A DNA stretch of 64,000 nt from NCBI RefSeq assembly GCF_030684315.1, contig NC_081356.1:33071197-33135196 (forward strand), in the 5' to 3' direction. Under the pieces are notes generated by a model. That model saw only the letters and a program-made list of their open reading frames with translations, was not told where the DNA came from and searched no databases. Source of the DNA: Stegostoma tigrinum (taxonomy: Eukaryota). Below, piece by piece: positions 12,669 through 24,310 of this stretch. The first letter of the stretch is position 1, and the number at the start of each line of letters is the position of its first letter. Position numbers and translations under genes: made by a program.

Positions 12669-12855
12669 GAGATAGTAGGAACTGCAGATGCTGGAGAATC
12701 TGAAATAACAAGGTGTAGAGCTGGATGAACACAGCAGGCCAAGCAGCATCAGAGGAGCAGGAAGGCTGATGTTTCGGGCGTAGACACTTCTGAAGAAGGG
12801 TCTAAGCCCGAAACGTCAGCCTTCCTGCTCCTCAGATGCTTTTTGGCCAGCTGTG
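12669..12855. mobile_element. Miniature palindromic Penelope derivative
   Basis: Minus arm with tail (GAGATAGTAGGAACTGCAGATGCTGGAG) joined at CTTCTGAAGAAG to a plus arm. Hammerhead core at 12790-12817. Degenerate TSD TTGTGCACTTCT / TTATGCATTCCT. Confidence 0.85.
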
Positions 12856-13199
12856 ATTATGCATTCCTGTTCTTTTTTTCCTGCTTGGATATCTGTGAAA
12901 ATCCTTTTTCATGTGATCAGCTGCTTCAATAACGTTAACTTTGAGATCACTCCAGCTTCATGTTAGGAATAGCCAGTAAAGGATCTGTGTATCACTCCAA
13001 TACAAGATACACACCAAAGAGATTGCGAGACCTCAAAAGGCTTTTTCTGTGTGATCAGTAATAAGCACCCTTTCTTCATAACTGACCACAGCCCCTGGGC
13101 TATTGTGTTTAGGTCTGTTGAAGGAAACCTGAACCCATTAATTTCTGGCTCTCAGGTGTGACCACAATTGATACTCAGCGTGCTGTTTACATTTCCAAA

Positions 13200-13400
13200 C
13201 TGCTGCCAAGGAAGGAAGCTCATCAAGTTTTATCTTGATTGTTTGTTGCACATTCTGGGTATCTCATGGATGAACACAATCACAAATATGGCAGTCAGCT
13301 TAAAGTGCATATTTCCCCAAAATGCTGGTGCTCAAACAGAGGTCACATGCTGAGCTGGCTAGTGTCAAAAGACTATTACACTGCTTAAAAGGCTCCCTTT
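13200..13400 (+). mobile_element. Decayed RTE-type LINE fragment
   Basis: RKLIKFYLDCLLHILGISWMNTITNMAV resembles the RTE C-terminal motif FHLRCLRxILGIxWQDxITNxEV. Confidence 0.6.
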
Positions 13401-13570
13401 CAAGCATGCTTACAAGTGTGACACGAAAAATGGAAATATTGATTTTCACACCTAGGAGTCGCTGGGGGGAAATGGTGACGTCACCTTTGGCCTGATGCAT
13501 GTTACCATGTTGATTAGTGGTTACAACAGTTCGGTAACAGCCACCAACACTTAAAACAAGAACCCGAAAT

Positions 13571-13670
13571 GATTTCTGAAGAAGGGTCCCGACCCGAAAC
13601 GCCATCCTTCCTGCCACTCTGATTTTGCCTGGCCTGCCGTGCTCCTCCAGCTCCACACTGTGTTATCCCA
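13571..13670 (+). mobile_element. Short Penelope 3'-end fragment
   Basis: TTTCTGAAGAAGGGTCCCGACCCGAAACG...CCAGCTCCACACTGTGTTATC. Confidence 0.8.
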
Positions 13671-14017
13671 AAGTGATATCCAAGAACTACTCAAATGCAA
13701 TGCTTGTGGAAGAAAGAGCCTGTCTTTCACAGATTGGTCTCTTCAGCCATCCACAAAGTGTGCTTTTATGAAGGCCTCCTCCATCCCCAAGGGATTTGCT
13801 TTGACGCTTTTATATCTTTGAAAGAGGGAAGGATATTACCATGTGAATCCACTGGTGTTTGATGACAGCTAGTCAAAACTATAGTGAGTACTTGTCCACA
13901 GCTTGATTTAAATATCAAAATGATTGTTGGAAGGATCCTTCTCTCTCAAAAGTGCAGTGTGTTGATTCTAGCTGAAGCAGTATGTACTAAAAACAGCAGT
14001 CATAAGATCAGAGATCA

Positions 14018-14517
14018 GAGATGATGGGAACTGCAGAGGCTGGAGAATCCAAGATAACAAAGTGTGAAGCTGGATGAACACAGCAGGCCAAGCAGCATCT
14101 CAGGAGCACAAAAGCTGACGTTTCGGGCCTAGACCCTTCATCAGAGAGGGGGATGGGGAGAGGGTTTTGAAAAAAAAGGGACAGAGGGGGAGGCGGACCA
14201 AAGGTGGATAGTGGAGAAGAAAGGTGGAGAGGAGAGTACAGGTGGGCAGGTAGGGGGGGGATAGATCAGTCCCGCCCCCTTGACCTGTCCGTCCTCCCCG
14301 GACTGACCTATCTCCTCCCTATCTGCCCACCTGTACTCTCCTCTCCACCTATCTTTTCCACTATCCATCTTCGGTCCGCCTCCCCCTCTCTTCCTATTTA
14401 TTTCAGAACCCTCTCCTATTCCCCTCTCTGATGAAGGGTGTAGGCCCGAAACGTCAGCTTTTGTGCTCCTGAGATGCTGCTTGGCGTGCTGCGTTCATCA
14501 GCTTCACACTTTGTTAT
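14018..14517. mobile_element. Palindromic Penelope derivative (two inverted 3' ends)
   Basis: Minus arm 14018-~14272 with tail; plus arm ~14273-14517 without tail. Hammerhead cores at 14117-14144 (-) and 14428-14455 (+). ATAAGATCAGA on both sides. Confidence 0.92.
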
Positions 14518-14526
14518 ATAAGATCA

Positions 14527-14627
14527 GAGATAGTGGGAATTGCAGATCTGGAGAATCCGAGATAACAAAGTGTGGAGCTGGATGAACACAGGAGGCCAAG
14601 CAGCAGTGTTCATCCAGCTCCACACTT
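14527..14627. mobile_element. Second, minimal palindromic Penelope derivative in tandem
   Basis: Tail plus minus arm, then a short inverted GTGTTCATCCAGCTCCACACTT, followed by a third CATAAGATCAGA at 14631-14642. Confidence 0.85.
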
Positions 14628-15189
14628 AGCCATAAGATCAGACATACACGGGCAATATTGAGGAACATGGAATGGTCACTAAGCACTTTATTGGTAAATA
14701 ATCCCACTGGCCTATCCCTTGCTCAAGCATTTATATTGTACTCACCACAGCTCAATTGTTGTCAAATTATATCTCCAAAGAGATATAAATAAAGACTATA
14801 AATAAAGGACAATTGCCAGCTGCAAAGTCTACAAGGAAAGAAATCTGCTACAACTATAGCTCTTGACCTGTGGACATGCAGGTCCTACACTTCATATTGA
14901 GAACTGATAGCTAAATTAACTTCCTCCCTCTTTTAATTTAATGTACTGCTGTGTATTATTAAATAAGATTCCTGCTAATCATTCTGGGAGCTGAGCTCTG
15001 GACTGGGTTGCATTTGACTGCAGAAGTTGTCTTGAGATCCAGTACAATGAGAATTTAGACTGAAATTTAAAATCATCTTGTTAGTGGTTTTTAGACACTC
15101 ACACAGAGACAACCACTGTCTTTATTAAATCCGCATTAAAAAAACCTTACCACGTTTGCAATTTTAGTACTCACATTATAATACTATAC

Positions 15190-15252
15190 TTGTGAAAAAA
15201 GTAATAAATTTGGACAATGCTGTTTTGTGAAAAAGGTAATAAATTTGGAGAA
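15190..15252. repeat. Short tandem duplication (~35-bp period)
   Basis: TTGTGAAAAA(A/G)GTAATAAATTTGGA occurs twice. Confidence 0.8.
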
Positions 15253-15289
15253 ATAAGGTGTATAATCTGAACACATCTCATGGTAGATA

Positions 15290-15500
15290 AAGGTAAAGTT
15301 GTCATAGTCTCAGAGGGACCAGTCTCTGGTGAGAGAGAGAGATGACTGGTGGTAGCTTAACCTCAGGGTCACCACACCTCAGGTGAGGGGACAGATCGAA
15401 GAAGGAGGGACCTTAACAATAGTTGGTACAGGAAGTAAACCCACACTGTTGGTCTTACTCTGCAATACAAAACAGCTATCTAGCCAACTGAGTTGACTAA
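15290..15500 (-). mobile_element. tRNA-derived SINE (38418 family)
   Basis: AAAGTTGTCATAGTC...GAGAGATGACTGGTGGTAGCTTAACCTCAGGGTCACC...AGCCAACTGAG. Confidence 0.7.
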
Positions 15501-16329
15501 CTGCCACACCACCTGTCCCCACCCCCTGAAATGGAGACGACATAAAATCAAAGATTTGAATTTATGTAGATCGCTTCATTAGCTTGGTATTCCCAAAGTG
15601 CTATACAGTCAAAGACATACATTTGAAATGTGATTAGTAATGTAAAATGTGATACAACCAATTTGTTAACAGCAAGATCCCACAAAGAGGAATGAGATGA
15701 AGACCAGATAAGTGTTTTCAGAGCGCCAGATAGGGGATCAGAGATAAAATTCCAATTTTTTTTCTAAAAAATGAGACTCTATTGTTCTGCAAGGGAAAAT
15801 TCGATTCAATATTGCAACTGAAAGATGCTGCCTCCAACAATGTAGTCTCTCCCACCTCAGCTTTTGATTATTTCAGGAACAAAGACTCGAACAAAATCTT
15901 CCAAATCAGAGGTACAAATGCTGCCTACTAGGATGGAAGTGACATAATTAACAGAGTGACTGGAAACATTTTCACAAAATATATTTTCCAGTTTTAAAGT
16001 GTGTCACATGCCGTTATGGATTCTCTCCACAAAGCTGCAATATCAGTTATGAAGGTAGCAAACCACGTAGGTTTGCTCTTTCCAACCAAAAAGAAGTCTT
16101 CAACGCCTTTTTATTTAAAACTCAGTCAACCTTAAAAAGAAGATTTTAATCATTTAGGTTTTGAAACTTTGTGCATATCTGATCCTGCCAACTGACTATT
16201 GCATTATCTAATGCAATTAAATTAAACTTTTTTAAAACTTTGATGTCACATTATGAAACAAAAAAAAATAGAATCAGTTGCTCTGCTATTTAATTCCACT
16301 TTAATTCAGAAAACCCCTCTTCCAGGTCC

Positions 16330-16604
16330 TAGAATCATAGAATCCCTACAGTGTGGAAACAGGCTCTTCGGTCCAACAAGTCCACACTGACCCTCAGAGC
16401 ATCTCACCCAGACCCATCCCCCTGTAACCCACATAAATCTACACATCTCTGAACACTACGGGTAATTGAGCATGGCTAATCCACCTAACATGTGCATCTT
16501 TGGACAGTGGGAGGAAACCCTTGCAGACATGGGGGGAACATGCAAACTTCACACATTCAGTTGCCCGAAGGTGTAATCAAACCCGGGTCCCTCGCACTGT
16601 GAGG
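16330..16604 (-). mobile_element. HE1-like V-SINE
   Basis: Reverse complement of the 19191 element, with a CR1-type tail (TAGAATCATAGAATCCCTACAG) and a V-domain-like GGAGGAAACCC...TGCAAACT. Confidence 0.8.
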
Positions 16605-17235
16605 TCAGTAAGTGTAGAAATTTGTTCTCCTTTTAAACCACTTACTCTTACCTCCCAAGTCAGAAGGCTGTTTCCAAATTGCACTCTAGAATCTGAGTTG
16701 ACATTCCTGGTGCAGCATTGAGGAAGAGCAGTACCATCAGAGTTGCCGACACCTTGAAGATTTATTATATCGAAACCCTAGCTGTCGTTTTGGGAATGAA
16801 AAAGATCCAAAAAGGTACTAATTTTGAAGAAGGCTAGTTGTGTATTTCTCCTCAATTTTCCTGGTTGATGTTCCTCCATGAAATGGCATCACTAAAAATG
16901 GATGAGCTTACGATTTGCCATGTTGCTTTTCACAGGATCATGCTGTGTACAAATAGGTTCCTGGTTACTAATGTTACCTGAGGAGTTACAATTTAGTCAG
17001 GACATTGGGGACAACGCACTATGTTTCTCAATGGTGTCAAAGGATTTTTTTTACATGCACCTCGTGGAGGTGGGGGTGAGCTGTATGGAAACACCAGCCT
17101 TGCATTTGTTTGGCACTTCAGCATAGCTAAGACACCCCTAGGTGCTTCATAGCATTGTCACCAGACTGCAGTTTGACATGGAGTCACAGAAGGATGCTTG
17201 ATGTTTAGTGACCAAAAACTTAAAAACTAAGAGTT

Positions 17236-17855
17236 GAGATTGATTGATTGATTTATTGTCATGTATACCAAAGTACAGTGTAAAGCTTTGTTAATGAGCG
17301 GTACAGATAGATCATTGTAAGCAATGGATGTACAAATCAAACAAACTTAAACAAAGGCATACAGATTACATTGCATAGGGTGTGTGCTAGGTGAGATCAG
17401 CATTACTTGAAGCTAGAGAGCCTGTTCATCAGCCTAATAACAGCTGGGAAGAAGCTGTTCCCGAACCTGCTGGTGTGTGTGTTCAGGCTTCTGTATCTTC
17501 TGCCTGATGGAAGAGGTTGTAGTAAATCATTACAAGGGTGTGATGGGTGTTTGGTGATGTTGACAGCTTTTCCATAGTGGCGAGCTGTGTAAGTGGAGTC
17601 CATGGATGGAAGGTTGGCTTCCATGATGATCTGGGCTGTGCACACCACCTGCTGTATCTTCTTACGGTCCTGGCCAGAGCAGTTGCCATAGCAGGCCGTT
17701 GTATACCCAGACAATATGCTTTCAGTTATGCATCTTTAGAAGTTGGTGAGGGGCCTTATGGACATGGCACATTTCCTGAGCTCTCTGAGAAGGAGAGGTG
17801 TTGCTGTGCCTTCTTGACTGTCGCAACTACGGGGGAAGTCTAGGACAGGTTGTGG
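17236..17855 (-). mobile_element. Rex1/Babar-type LINE 3' fragment
   Basis: ORF 17403-17714 (GYTTACYGNCSGQDRKKIQQVV...HPSHP...LPSGRRYRSL...NSFFPAVIRLMN) is a typical Rex1/Babar ORF2 C-terminus. AATAAA and an (AATC)n tail lie at ~17237-17257. Confidence 0.85.
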
Positions 17856-19190
17856 AAAGGTCGATGTTGTAGGTTATGTTTCTTTAAGGTTCATATTACA
17901 TTGGTTCTGCCTATTCTGCTGATGTTACAGGGTGGAGACAAGGAGTTCTATGCCAGCTTTCGGAGACAGCAGTGATACCTGTCCCAGCTCTCTCAAGTCC
18001 CAGAAATCCTGCTTGACCAAATGTAGATACATATTGTTATCCAAGAACAGTCTTGAGGGGAGAACCGTATTTAAAAAAAAGTCTCTTGTAAATTAACATA
18101 CTAGTCACATTGAATATCCACTTTAAAGTATACGAGATTAAATTCAGACCAGTATGTCATTTGCAGGTTTAACTCTTTTTTGTTGCAGTGTGCCTCTTCT
18201 GTAAAATATTCTACAGTGGCGTACTCTTTACCACTAATCACTAGATAGGCCCAAGACAAAGCAAGAGACAAAAGAGGATTTGTTACAGCAAGATACCTTG
18301 AACAAACCCTTACCTGGTATCACTTCCTGGTAGAGCTGGCAAATACACAAGGTGCCAGAAGTGGTCATCTGAATGGAAGTACTTTATTGGAAAGCTTTAG
18401 GGAGGGAATTTCAGCACTTAACTGAACCTCCAGCTCGTCCCTCTCTTTGGTGGAGCAGTGAAAATCTCAGATGCCAAAGAAGTCAGAGTGGAATGTTTCT
18501 GAGGTGGGATGTAGGCCTGGTGGTGAGATGACTCACGAAGGCCATGGTAGGATTTAAACATTAGGATACAATTTGCAGCTTTTGACATCAAATAAATTGC
18601 TGTCTGTTAGAGGAAAAGAACATCGTAAACTGCAGTTCCAAACCAAACCTAGCTTCAAAAATGATTTATCTTTCCTCTCAGTTACAGACTACTCTCATGG
18701 CATTTTTGTTGCTTTTCTTTTAAATCTTAGAGTTTGCTGTGATTATCCACCTCTATCATTAACAGCAGCAGGAGATTTTGTCCTTTGCAGGTCACAGGCT
18801 TTGCAAGCTGAAGATGAACTCAGTACATTTTCACAACAAATTTTCAGTGATCCTGACAATGTTGGCATTTTGATGGCAGTGTGTTAAGTAGAAATTCCTA
18901 TGATGTCTCATGAATGCCTACATTTAACATTATGAATGAAGATGTTTGTGTTATAGATTCTGCACGTACAGTCAAAAACGTAACCAAAGATTGAATGATT
19001 AGTGAAATTGAAGTGACAGCGATTCATGTCTAATATCTGCTGAAGGCAGCTGGGTAAAGATAACATAGCTTTTAGGTGGGAAAAACTATTTTGATCTTGC
19101 ATTTATACTGCATTTTCAAAATGTGTCCTGGCCACATTACAACAAGAAAATGTTTTTTTGTTGAAACGTAGGTGGCACAGTTGAAATTTA

Positions 19191-19579
19191 GGGCAGCATG
19201 GGTAGCTCAATGGTTAGCACTGCCTGGGACCTGGGACCTGGGACCTGGGACCTGGGACCTGGGAAGTGCAGCTGGCTCAGTGGTTAGCATTGCTGTCTCA
19301 CAGCGCCAGGGACCTGGGTTTGATTCCAGCCTCGGGCACCTGTTTGTGTGGAGTTTGCACATTCTCCCTGTGCCTGCGTGGGTTTCCTCCTGGTGCTCCA
19401 GTTTCCTCTCACAGTCCAAAGATGTGCAAGTTAGGTAGATTGGTCACGCTAAATTGCCCGTAGTGTTCAGGGGTGCTTGGGTTATTGGGGGATGGACCTT
19501 GGTGGGATGCTCCAAGGGTCAGTGTGGACTTGTTGGGCTGAAGAGCCTGCTTCCACGCTGTAGGGATTCTATGATTCTA
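19191..19579 (+). mobile_element. HE1-like V-SINE with duplicated head
   Basis: TGGCTCAGTGGTTAGCA (A box), GGGTTTGATTCC (B box), GTGTGGAGTTTGCACATTCTCCC...GGGTTTCCTCC V-domain-like core and a GATTCTATGATTCTA tail. A second partial copy follows at ~19596-19830. Confidence 0.88.
19223..19264. repeat. (CCTGGGA)6 heptamer tandem repeat
   Basis: Six perfect units, read directly. Confidence 0.95.
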
Positions 19580-20144
19580 GATTCCACCCTCTTGCAGTTG
19601 TATGTGGAGTTTACACATTCTCCATGTCTGCGTGGGTTTCCTCTGGGTGCTCTGGTTTACTCCCACAGTTCAAAGATTTGCAGGTTTGTTGGATGGCCAT
19701 GCTAAATTGCCCATGGCGTCTACAGAGGCGCGGGCTGGATGGATTAGCCGTGGAAAATGCAGACATACAGGGACTGGGTAAGGTGCAGTGGGTCTGCGCT
19801 GGATGCTGTTTGCACAGTTAGTGTAGTCTCGAGAGGCTTCAGCTGGATATTTGAGTGAGCCTGGGAGTCAAATATCCTCCCACATTAGATAGGGTTTATG
19901 CTGTGACAAGGGCTAAAGGAAATGGAGAAAGTAGATTCAGAAGCAAATAGAGCAAGGAAAGCAATTTGACCTGTCTTATCTGCACCAACCCATTGAAAAG
20001 TAATTTTCTCCCAACTTTTCCATCATCCTTTAAGTTTACACCCCCCCCCCCGCCAAGTAATTATCCAATTCTCTTTTGAAATTTATTAAATCTGCTTCCA
20101 CCCTTTCATGAAGGACACTTCATAAACAAATAATGACTATCATA

Positions 20145-20387
20145 CAGAGTTTGGTGAAGTACTTGGCAGGTCTGGCAGCATCGGAGGATAGAGAGAGAGA
20201 GAGAGAGGATTAACACACGTAGGCAGATACGAATCCAAGTTAGTCCTGAAGAAATCATATTAGACTTGATGTTAACTTAAATTGCGAATTCTGCTTCAAT
20301 ATCCATAGATGCTGCCAGAACTGCTGAGTTTTTTCCTGCATTTTCTGTTTTTATTTCAGCTTTCCGGCATCTGCAGTTTTGCTTTTT
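20145..20387. mobile_element. Older palindromic Penelope-type derivative (second family)
   Basis: GCAGGTCTGGCAGCATC on the left is inverted relative to GATGCTGCCAGAACTGC on the right, which ends in a TTCCGGCATCTGCAGTTTT tail. Confidence 0.65.
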
Positions 20388-21623
20388 GATATTAAAGTTT
20401 CATGTGTTCTCCCGCTCGCCCATTATATCCCACTCTCTCACAATACCTCCTTGCACAATCTGGGAAAGAAAGAGACGGTTTACAACAGATGCTTTTGGAA
20501 ATTGTTTGAAATTTATGCCACCTCAATAACCTTGCTGCATCAATTTGAATATTGTTTCAACACAAACGCTCGTGAGATTCTTTTTTTCCGTTGCTTCCAT
20601 TTTGCGTTCCATGCTCTGCAAGCAGAGAAAACTCTGCGCTAAGTCAACTATTGAAACTCCTTTGCCTTAGCTATCTCTGTTCCTCCTTTAAGATATACTT
20701 TAAACCTATATCTACCATCAGTCCTGGTATCACCTCTCAAGACTTGGTGCCAAAAGTTTGATTTGGAGGTGCTCCAACAAAACAGTTTGTTATGTTAAAT
20801 CTACCATATGAATACTATTGTTGCTGTGAACAGTTAAGAATCACCTGTAGTTTGGTACTACCTCCCAGCTCATTGACCTGACTAGTGACCTTGGGAGCAA
20901 CCATGCCGATGCTGAGCAAAAACCAAAATTTGCACAGTGCTTTGGAGGCAGGGAGAAACATAGTCCCTTTAAATCAAGAAACAATCGACTTGATAGGGTT
21001 GCTACAGTTTTCCTTTTCTGACATTCTTGGACAGGGTGTGTGGGCTTGGTGTAGTGTTTCAGTTTAGGGGATTTCCAATTGAAATGCAGATGACAAGGAA
21101 TTTCTTCTGTCAAAGGTCATTCATCCTTTGAATTTGGTCCTTCAGAGACCAGTTACTGCGCATATTCAAGACTGAGTTAAACAGAGGTTTGATCTTTTGT
21201 TTGGGGGGAGAGGGTGGTTGGTGGGGGTAGGGAGGGGTCAAAGGTTATGGGGGCAGGCCAGAAAAGGCTATACTCAGATTAGGCGTGATGTGATTGAAAG
21301 CCAAGTGAGTCAAGGGGCCTGCAAGTTTTCCATATCCTCTTATGATCTACATATTATTTGCAAATCCAAGTATGCCTCCCTGCTAAAACAGACTGCAGCC
21401 TAGAGTCAAAATCAATAGGCATTTTTCATTTTTTCCACAGCAAAATGAAATAGAAAATAGATAACACAAATCAATCCCACTTGTTACAAGAGTCCAGGTG
21501 TGATGGACAAGGAAGTGATCCAGGTCATTGCCATTTTGACCAGGTCTTCTAATGCCACATTTACAACCAATCTCAGATATCTGTAAAGATTCTGAAGGGA
21601 TTTGATAGAGTAGACATTGTTTC

Positions 21624-21634
21624 TGTGTGTGTGT

Positions 21635-21676
<42 letters not shown>
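21624..21676. repeat. (TG)n microsatellite inside a decayed CR1 3' fragment (~21570-21960)
   Basis: About 26 TG units with one interruption. Confidence 0.95.
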
Positions 21677-21677
<1 letters not shown>

Positions 21678-24104
21678 GGAGAAGACCTAAGCCAGGGGCC
21701 AGCAAAAATGAAAGACATTGATAAACTCAGCCAGGAACTCGGGAGAAATGTCTTTACACAGAGTGGTTAAAATGTGGAACTCACCACCACAGGCAATTGT
21801 TGAAATGAATTGCATAGCTGATTTGAAGGGGAAGCTACAAATATTAAAAAAAATCATGTAGACCAGATTAAAAGAAGAGTGATAGGAGCAAGTCCAAATG
21901 GAGCCAAAACACTGCATGGGATCTGGTTGGCTGAATGGTCATTTTCTATTCAGAATGTATATGTAATTTTATATAGTGCATTGTCGAAACTATGACTGTA
22001 CACCTCTGAAGTTTTCTGCTGGTCAGATGATAGTTGTATTTCAGCATTTAACAAGTATATCCTACTATATAGATTTTCTTTTCCACACAGCCTGAGAATT
22101 AGAATTTTTTAACAAATTTCCAGGGATGATATGTTTACTCATTTTAAAAATTACCAGTAGTTCTCCCCCGATGCTGCCTGGACAGAAAATAAAGTGCCCC
22201 TCTTCCTGCAATTCTCTTTTTACTGCACCCTCTGAACACTTTGACTCTCAGTATCCCTGTCTTTCTGCTTGACCATTTCCAGGCTTTTTTTGTTGTCCCT
22301 CCTTCACATCTACACCTCATACTTGCTCCCATGCTATGTTTTTGTTTTCAACTTCAGTGCATGCATTATGAAGTGGCAAATAGAGGAGTTGTCTGTTCTT
22401 TATAAATGTCACACAATTTGCATTCCAAGCATTGTTGGCAAAGACAGCGTTTGTTTCCCAATGTTGTTAATTGCTCTTGAGCTAGACAGCTTGGTCTGTC
22501 CCTTCAGAGGGCAGTTAAAAGTCAACTATATTGAGAGCCTGGGGTCGCACATTGGCCAGACTGGTTAAGGATGACCGAGTCTCCTCTTTAAAAGGGCATT
22601 AGTGTACCACACCATTATTTGATGAAAGAAAATTGATGTAAGTTTTTCAGTCACTTCGGAGACCATCTTTCAATCCCAGCTTATATTGATGGAATTTAAA
22701 TTAGTTGCTAACTAACAATATTACCGCACTACCACTATGTGTATCAACTTTTCTTCATTGATTTTCTCGCTGTCATTTCTCTGCTGCATTTTTCCTGCTC
22801 TGAATGGCTGTTAGAATGTTTCACTAGTCATTTCTCTTTATCTGTTGATTCCCCTTTCAAGTCTGGCACTTTGTCTTTTACATAATTGCTTGCCATTTGT
22901 CTCTTGTGTTTACACATCTATTAATTTCTTTTGTCTTGGCATGTCATGCTGATGCAGAGGCAGGTTACATCGGTTTCAAACTCATAACCATGATGTGGTT
23001 AATTTTGAAATGGCCTCTAAAAGTGGCCTAACAATCTACTCAGTTGTAGATATTTTCGAACTTGTTCAGAGATGCTAGTACACACTTCTGGATCAGGTGG
23101 GACTTGAGCCCAGGCTTCCTCATGTGGGAGGTAGGATCACTACCATTGTGTCACAGGAACTCTCTCAACTCAACTGCATTCAAGAAGGCAATTCATTGTC
23201 ACTTTAAGGGCAATTAGGATGGATCTTCTAACAACACCGATGCCCTGTGAAATAAGGATTTGAGAGAATGTGCTGTTTTCAATTATTCTGTGTTTAATGA
23301 TGAGAGCCTTGTTACTACTGATGCAGATTATGCTTGACTTATTAAGCCTGGGTATGGACTCGGGGAAACTAAACAAAGCTGTCAAGGGAACTGAAGCATG
23401 TGAGTGGGCATTTTAAAACATTGTGAATAAACACGTCACAAATATGGCAACTTCTCAGCAGAGTTCTAAAATATGAAATAGATAACATGATCTTGACTGG
23501 GCACTACCCTGTTTGCTTTACAGTGTATTGAATAGGAACATTTTAAACAGAGACTGAAAAAGATGAGAATGAGTTTGACAGATAGTGCCAGCTTGTATTA
23601 AGGTTTATTTTAAGAAAATGTGATGGCCAGGCACTGAGTACAAAGTAAGAGGAGATGATAATTCTTTTATGGACTGGCGATCTGGATTTTTAAAAATTAA
23701 TTCATATGCGGGATGTGGGGTGACTGGCGGGCCAGCGTTAATTGCCCAGCCCCAGTTGCCCTTGAGAAGGTGGCAGTGAGTTGCCATTTTGGAATTGCTG
23801 CAATCCACCTGCTATGGGTTGACCCACAATGCTATTAAAGAAACTTCCACTGCATTCAAACGGGGAAAAGAGAGAATGAGAGAAAGAGATATTAGAAAGT
23901 ATCTTTGAAAGGAAGAGTGCAGTGTCTTTGGGAGACAGGCAGAGGGTGATTAAGTTAGTCTCAGTGAACAATGGAGCAGCCAATCAGTCCAACAAAAGCC
24001 GTACAACACAGAACTCAATTCCAAACAGCATTGATTGCAAAAATAAATTTATTGCTCAATACTAATTTCAGGAATAAATACAAATATTTGTTTGAAGGTG
24101 GTCT

Positions 24105-24310
24105 GCAGAGCCTATTAGCAAGGTCACTACAGTCCAAATGGTGCTCCTCTCAAAGAGAGATGAGTGGTAGTGACTTAACCCGAGGGTCACTGTGCCTCAG
24201 GCAAGGGTGAGAGGTTGAAAGGAGTGTTCTCATGGTAACCTCAGCTGGGCTGGGAATTGAACCCACACCGTTGGCATTACTGCATTGAAAGCCAACTGTC
24301 CAGCTAACAA
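24105..24310 (-). mobile_element. tRNA-derived SINE (38418 family)
   Basis: GAGAGATGAGTGGTAGTGACTTAACCCGAGGGTCAC...GGGAATTGAACCCACACCGTTGGCATTACTGC. Confidence 0.72.

Noticed and set aside
19223-19264. CRISPR-like or telomeric array
   Set aside because: No spacers, eukaryotic context, and the unit derives from the SINE rather than TTAGGG.
19270-19345. tRNA gene (likewise at 38418 and 1158)
   Set aside because: A/B boxes run into SINE bodies, with no closed cloverleaf acceptor stem.
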